Under the pieces are notes generated by a model. It saw only the letters and a list, made by a program, of their open reading frames with translations. It ran no database searches and had not been told where the DNA came from. Position numbers and translations under genes: made by a program. Of a DNA stretch of 64,000 nucleotides, positions 62,863-64,000 are shown piece after piece. The stretch is from Nitrospinales bacterium (lineage in GTDB: Bacteria; Nitrospinota; Nitrospinia; Nitrospinales; VA-1), in the NCBI GenBank assembly GCA_965223795.1, contig CBDCXL010000002.1, forward strand, positions 480,001 through 544,000, in the 5' to 3' direction. Numbering within the stretch: position 1 is the first letter of the stretch; each line of letters begins with the position of its first letter.

Positions 62863-64000
62863 TCAGAACTTGAACCGCATTTCGATGAAACCGCCCCAGT
62901 CCTCGCTTCTCACTTCATTGTGCACACCCACAAATTTTGAAATCATCGAAATATGATTGCTGATGATGTACTGGAATTCGGTTCCCAACGCGTACTGGTC
63001 GTTGGACACGGCGGACCGGTCCATGAGATAGGAAAACTCCGGATTGACGGTGAGGATCTCCCTGAGAAAAAACAGTTTCAATCCGATGGACGCGCCGATC
63101 GAGTCGGTGCCGGTGTTTCTCAGCAGCGGAAAATCGGTCAGGCCGTTGCCGCGGAACAGGATGCCCGCCCGCCCGGTTCTGCCCTGGGCGATGTCGTTCC
63201 AGCCTTCGGTGCCGAAAAACGCCGTCGTGTAAATGTAGTTTTTATCGTAATAGTCCGAAATCAGGATCGGGCGGTTGATGTCGAGGACAAACAGCTGGCC
63301 GTCGCCCTGCCCGTCTCCGGTGAGCCGGTCGTCATTGACGTTGAACATCGCCCGGAAGGCGTAGTTGTAAAGGCCGTAGCTGGACACCAGGGACGCCGCG
63401 AAAAACTGCTGCGACAGGTCGCTGTCGTTGTTGTTCTGCAGATGGAAAAAATTGAACTCCATGTATTTTTTGTACGCATCGACCTGCATGGTCAGGCCGT
63501 ACAGGTCGGTGTCGTTCTTTTCGGGAGCGCCCGCGCGCTGGGCGTTGATCTCGTCGATGGCGGCGATGGCCTGCATGTGCACGCGCGTGGTGCCGGGAAG
63601 CACGATGTTGGGCTTGGACAGCACCAGCCCCAATACGTTGTCGTCCAGCAAAAAACTGTTCTGATAGACCAGCGGAATGATGCCCACCGCGATGTGTATG
63701 TCGTCGGGGAAGCGGTCTTCCGGAAAAATGAAATCGAACATCTCGCCGATCTCGCCTTCGAACCAGGCGAACACCGAATCCTCGGTGAGTTCGAAACGGT
63801 GGTCGGGCTCGCCGGAGTTGTTGTGGAAACGGTAAAGGCCGGAGGCCTGCGGTTCGTCGATGTCCACGAACGGCTGGTAGCGCACATGGAACCGCTCGGT
63901 GTTGGTGAGGTCGAAGTTGAAATCGAGATTGAGGTTGTATCCCAGCTGCCCCTGGTTCTCGCCGGCGATGCGGCCGCCGTACAGGATGGTGCTCAAAAAT
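62863..64000 (-). CDS. Putative outer-membrane beta-barrel protein (5' end outside window)
   Basis: Alternating amphipathic strands, Asn/Asp-rich loops, C-terminal EMRFKF. Confidence 0.72.
   Translation of the reverse strand, partial: FLSTILYGGRIAGENQGQLGYNLNLDFNFDLTNTERFHVRYQPFVDIDEPQASGLYRFHNNSGEPDHRFELTEDSVFAWFEGEIGEMFDFIFPEDRFPDDIHIAVGIIPLVYQNSFLLDDNVLGLVLSKPNIVLPGTTRVHMQAIAAIDEINAQRAGAPEKNDTDLYGLTMQVDAYKKYMEFNFFHLQNNNDSDLSQQFFAASLVSSYGLYNYAFRAMFNVNDDRLTGDGQGDGQLFVLDINRPILISDYYDKNYIYTTAFFGTEGWNDIAQGRTGRAGILFRGNGLTDFPLLRNTGTDSIGASIGLKLFFLREILTVNPEFSYLMDRSAVSNDQYALGTEFQYIISNHISMISKFVGVHNEVRSEDWGGFIEMRFKF

Overview
A GC-rich bacterial chromosomal window, most consistent with a Nitrospinota (Nitrospina-like) nitrite oxidiser. 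This is an inference from the CydA-like/cytochrome c cluster, the type E SdhABE and the general gene content. The core content is the flagellar export and switch genes (fliL-M-N-O-P-Q-R-flhB), amtB plus a porin, ltaE, rpoZ, a bd-like oxidase/cytochrome c operon, hisD, LPS glycosyltransferases, gcvPB, sdhABE, a DEAD-box helicase, ligA, two Do proteases, an hda-like gene, an oleC-like gene and a TatT/TatP pair. Two things stand out. (1) At 56.3-64 kb, a co-oriented set encodes a beta-barrel, a tetraheme c554-like protein, a decaheme cytochrome, a 2Fe-2S/FNR/cNMP/4x[4Fe-4S] fusion and a 4-His membrane protein. It looks like an uncharacterised trans-envelope electron conduit that may be regulated by a cyclic nucleotide. 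(2) Two pairs of inverted composite repeats sit just downstream of convergent gene ends and bracket accessory cargo: a ~10 kb patchwork at 24.7-34.5 kb and a low-GC RusA-like nuclease gene at 41.1-41.7 kb. I found no rRNA, tRNA, CRISPR array, integrase or transposase. All product calls come from motif recognition by eye, not from database searches.
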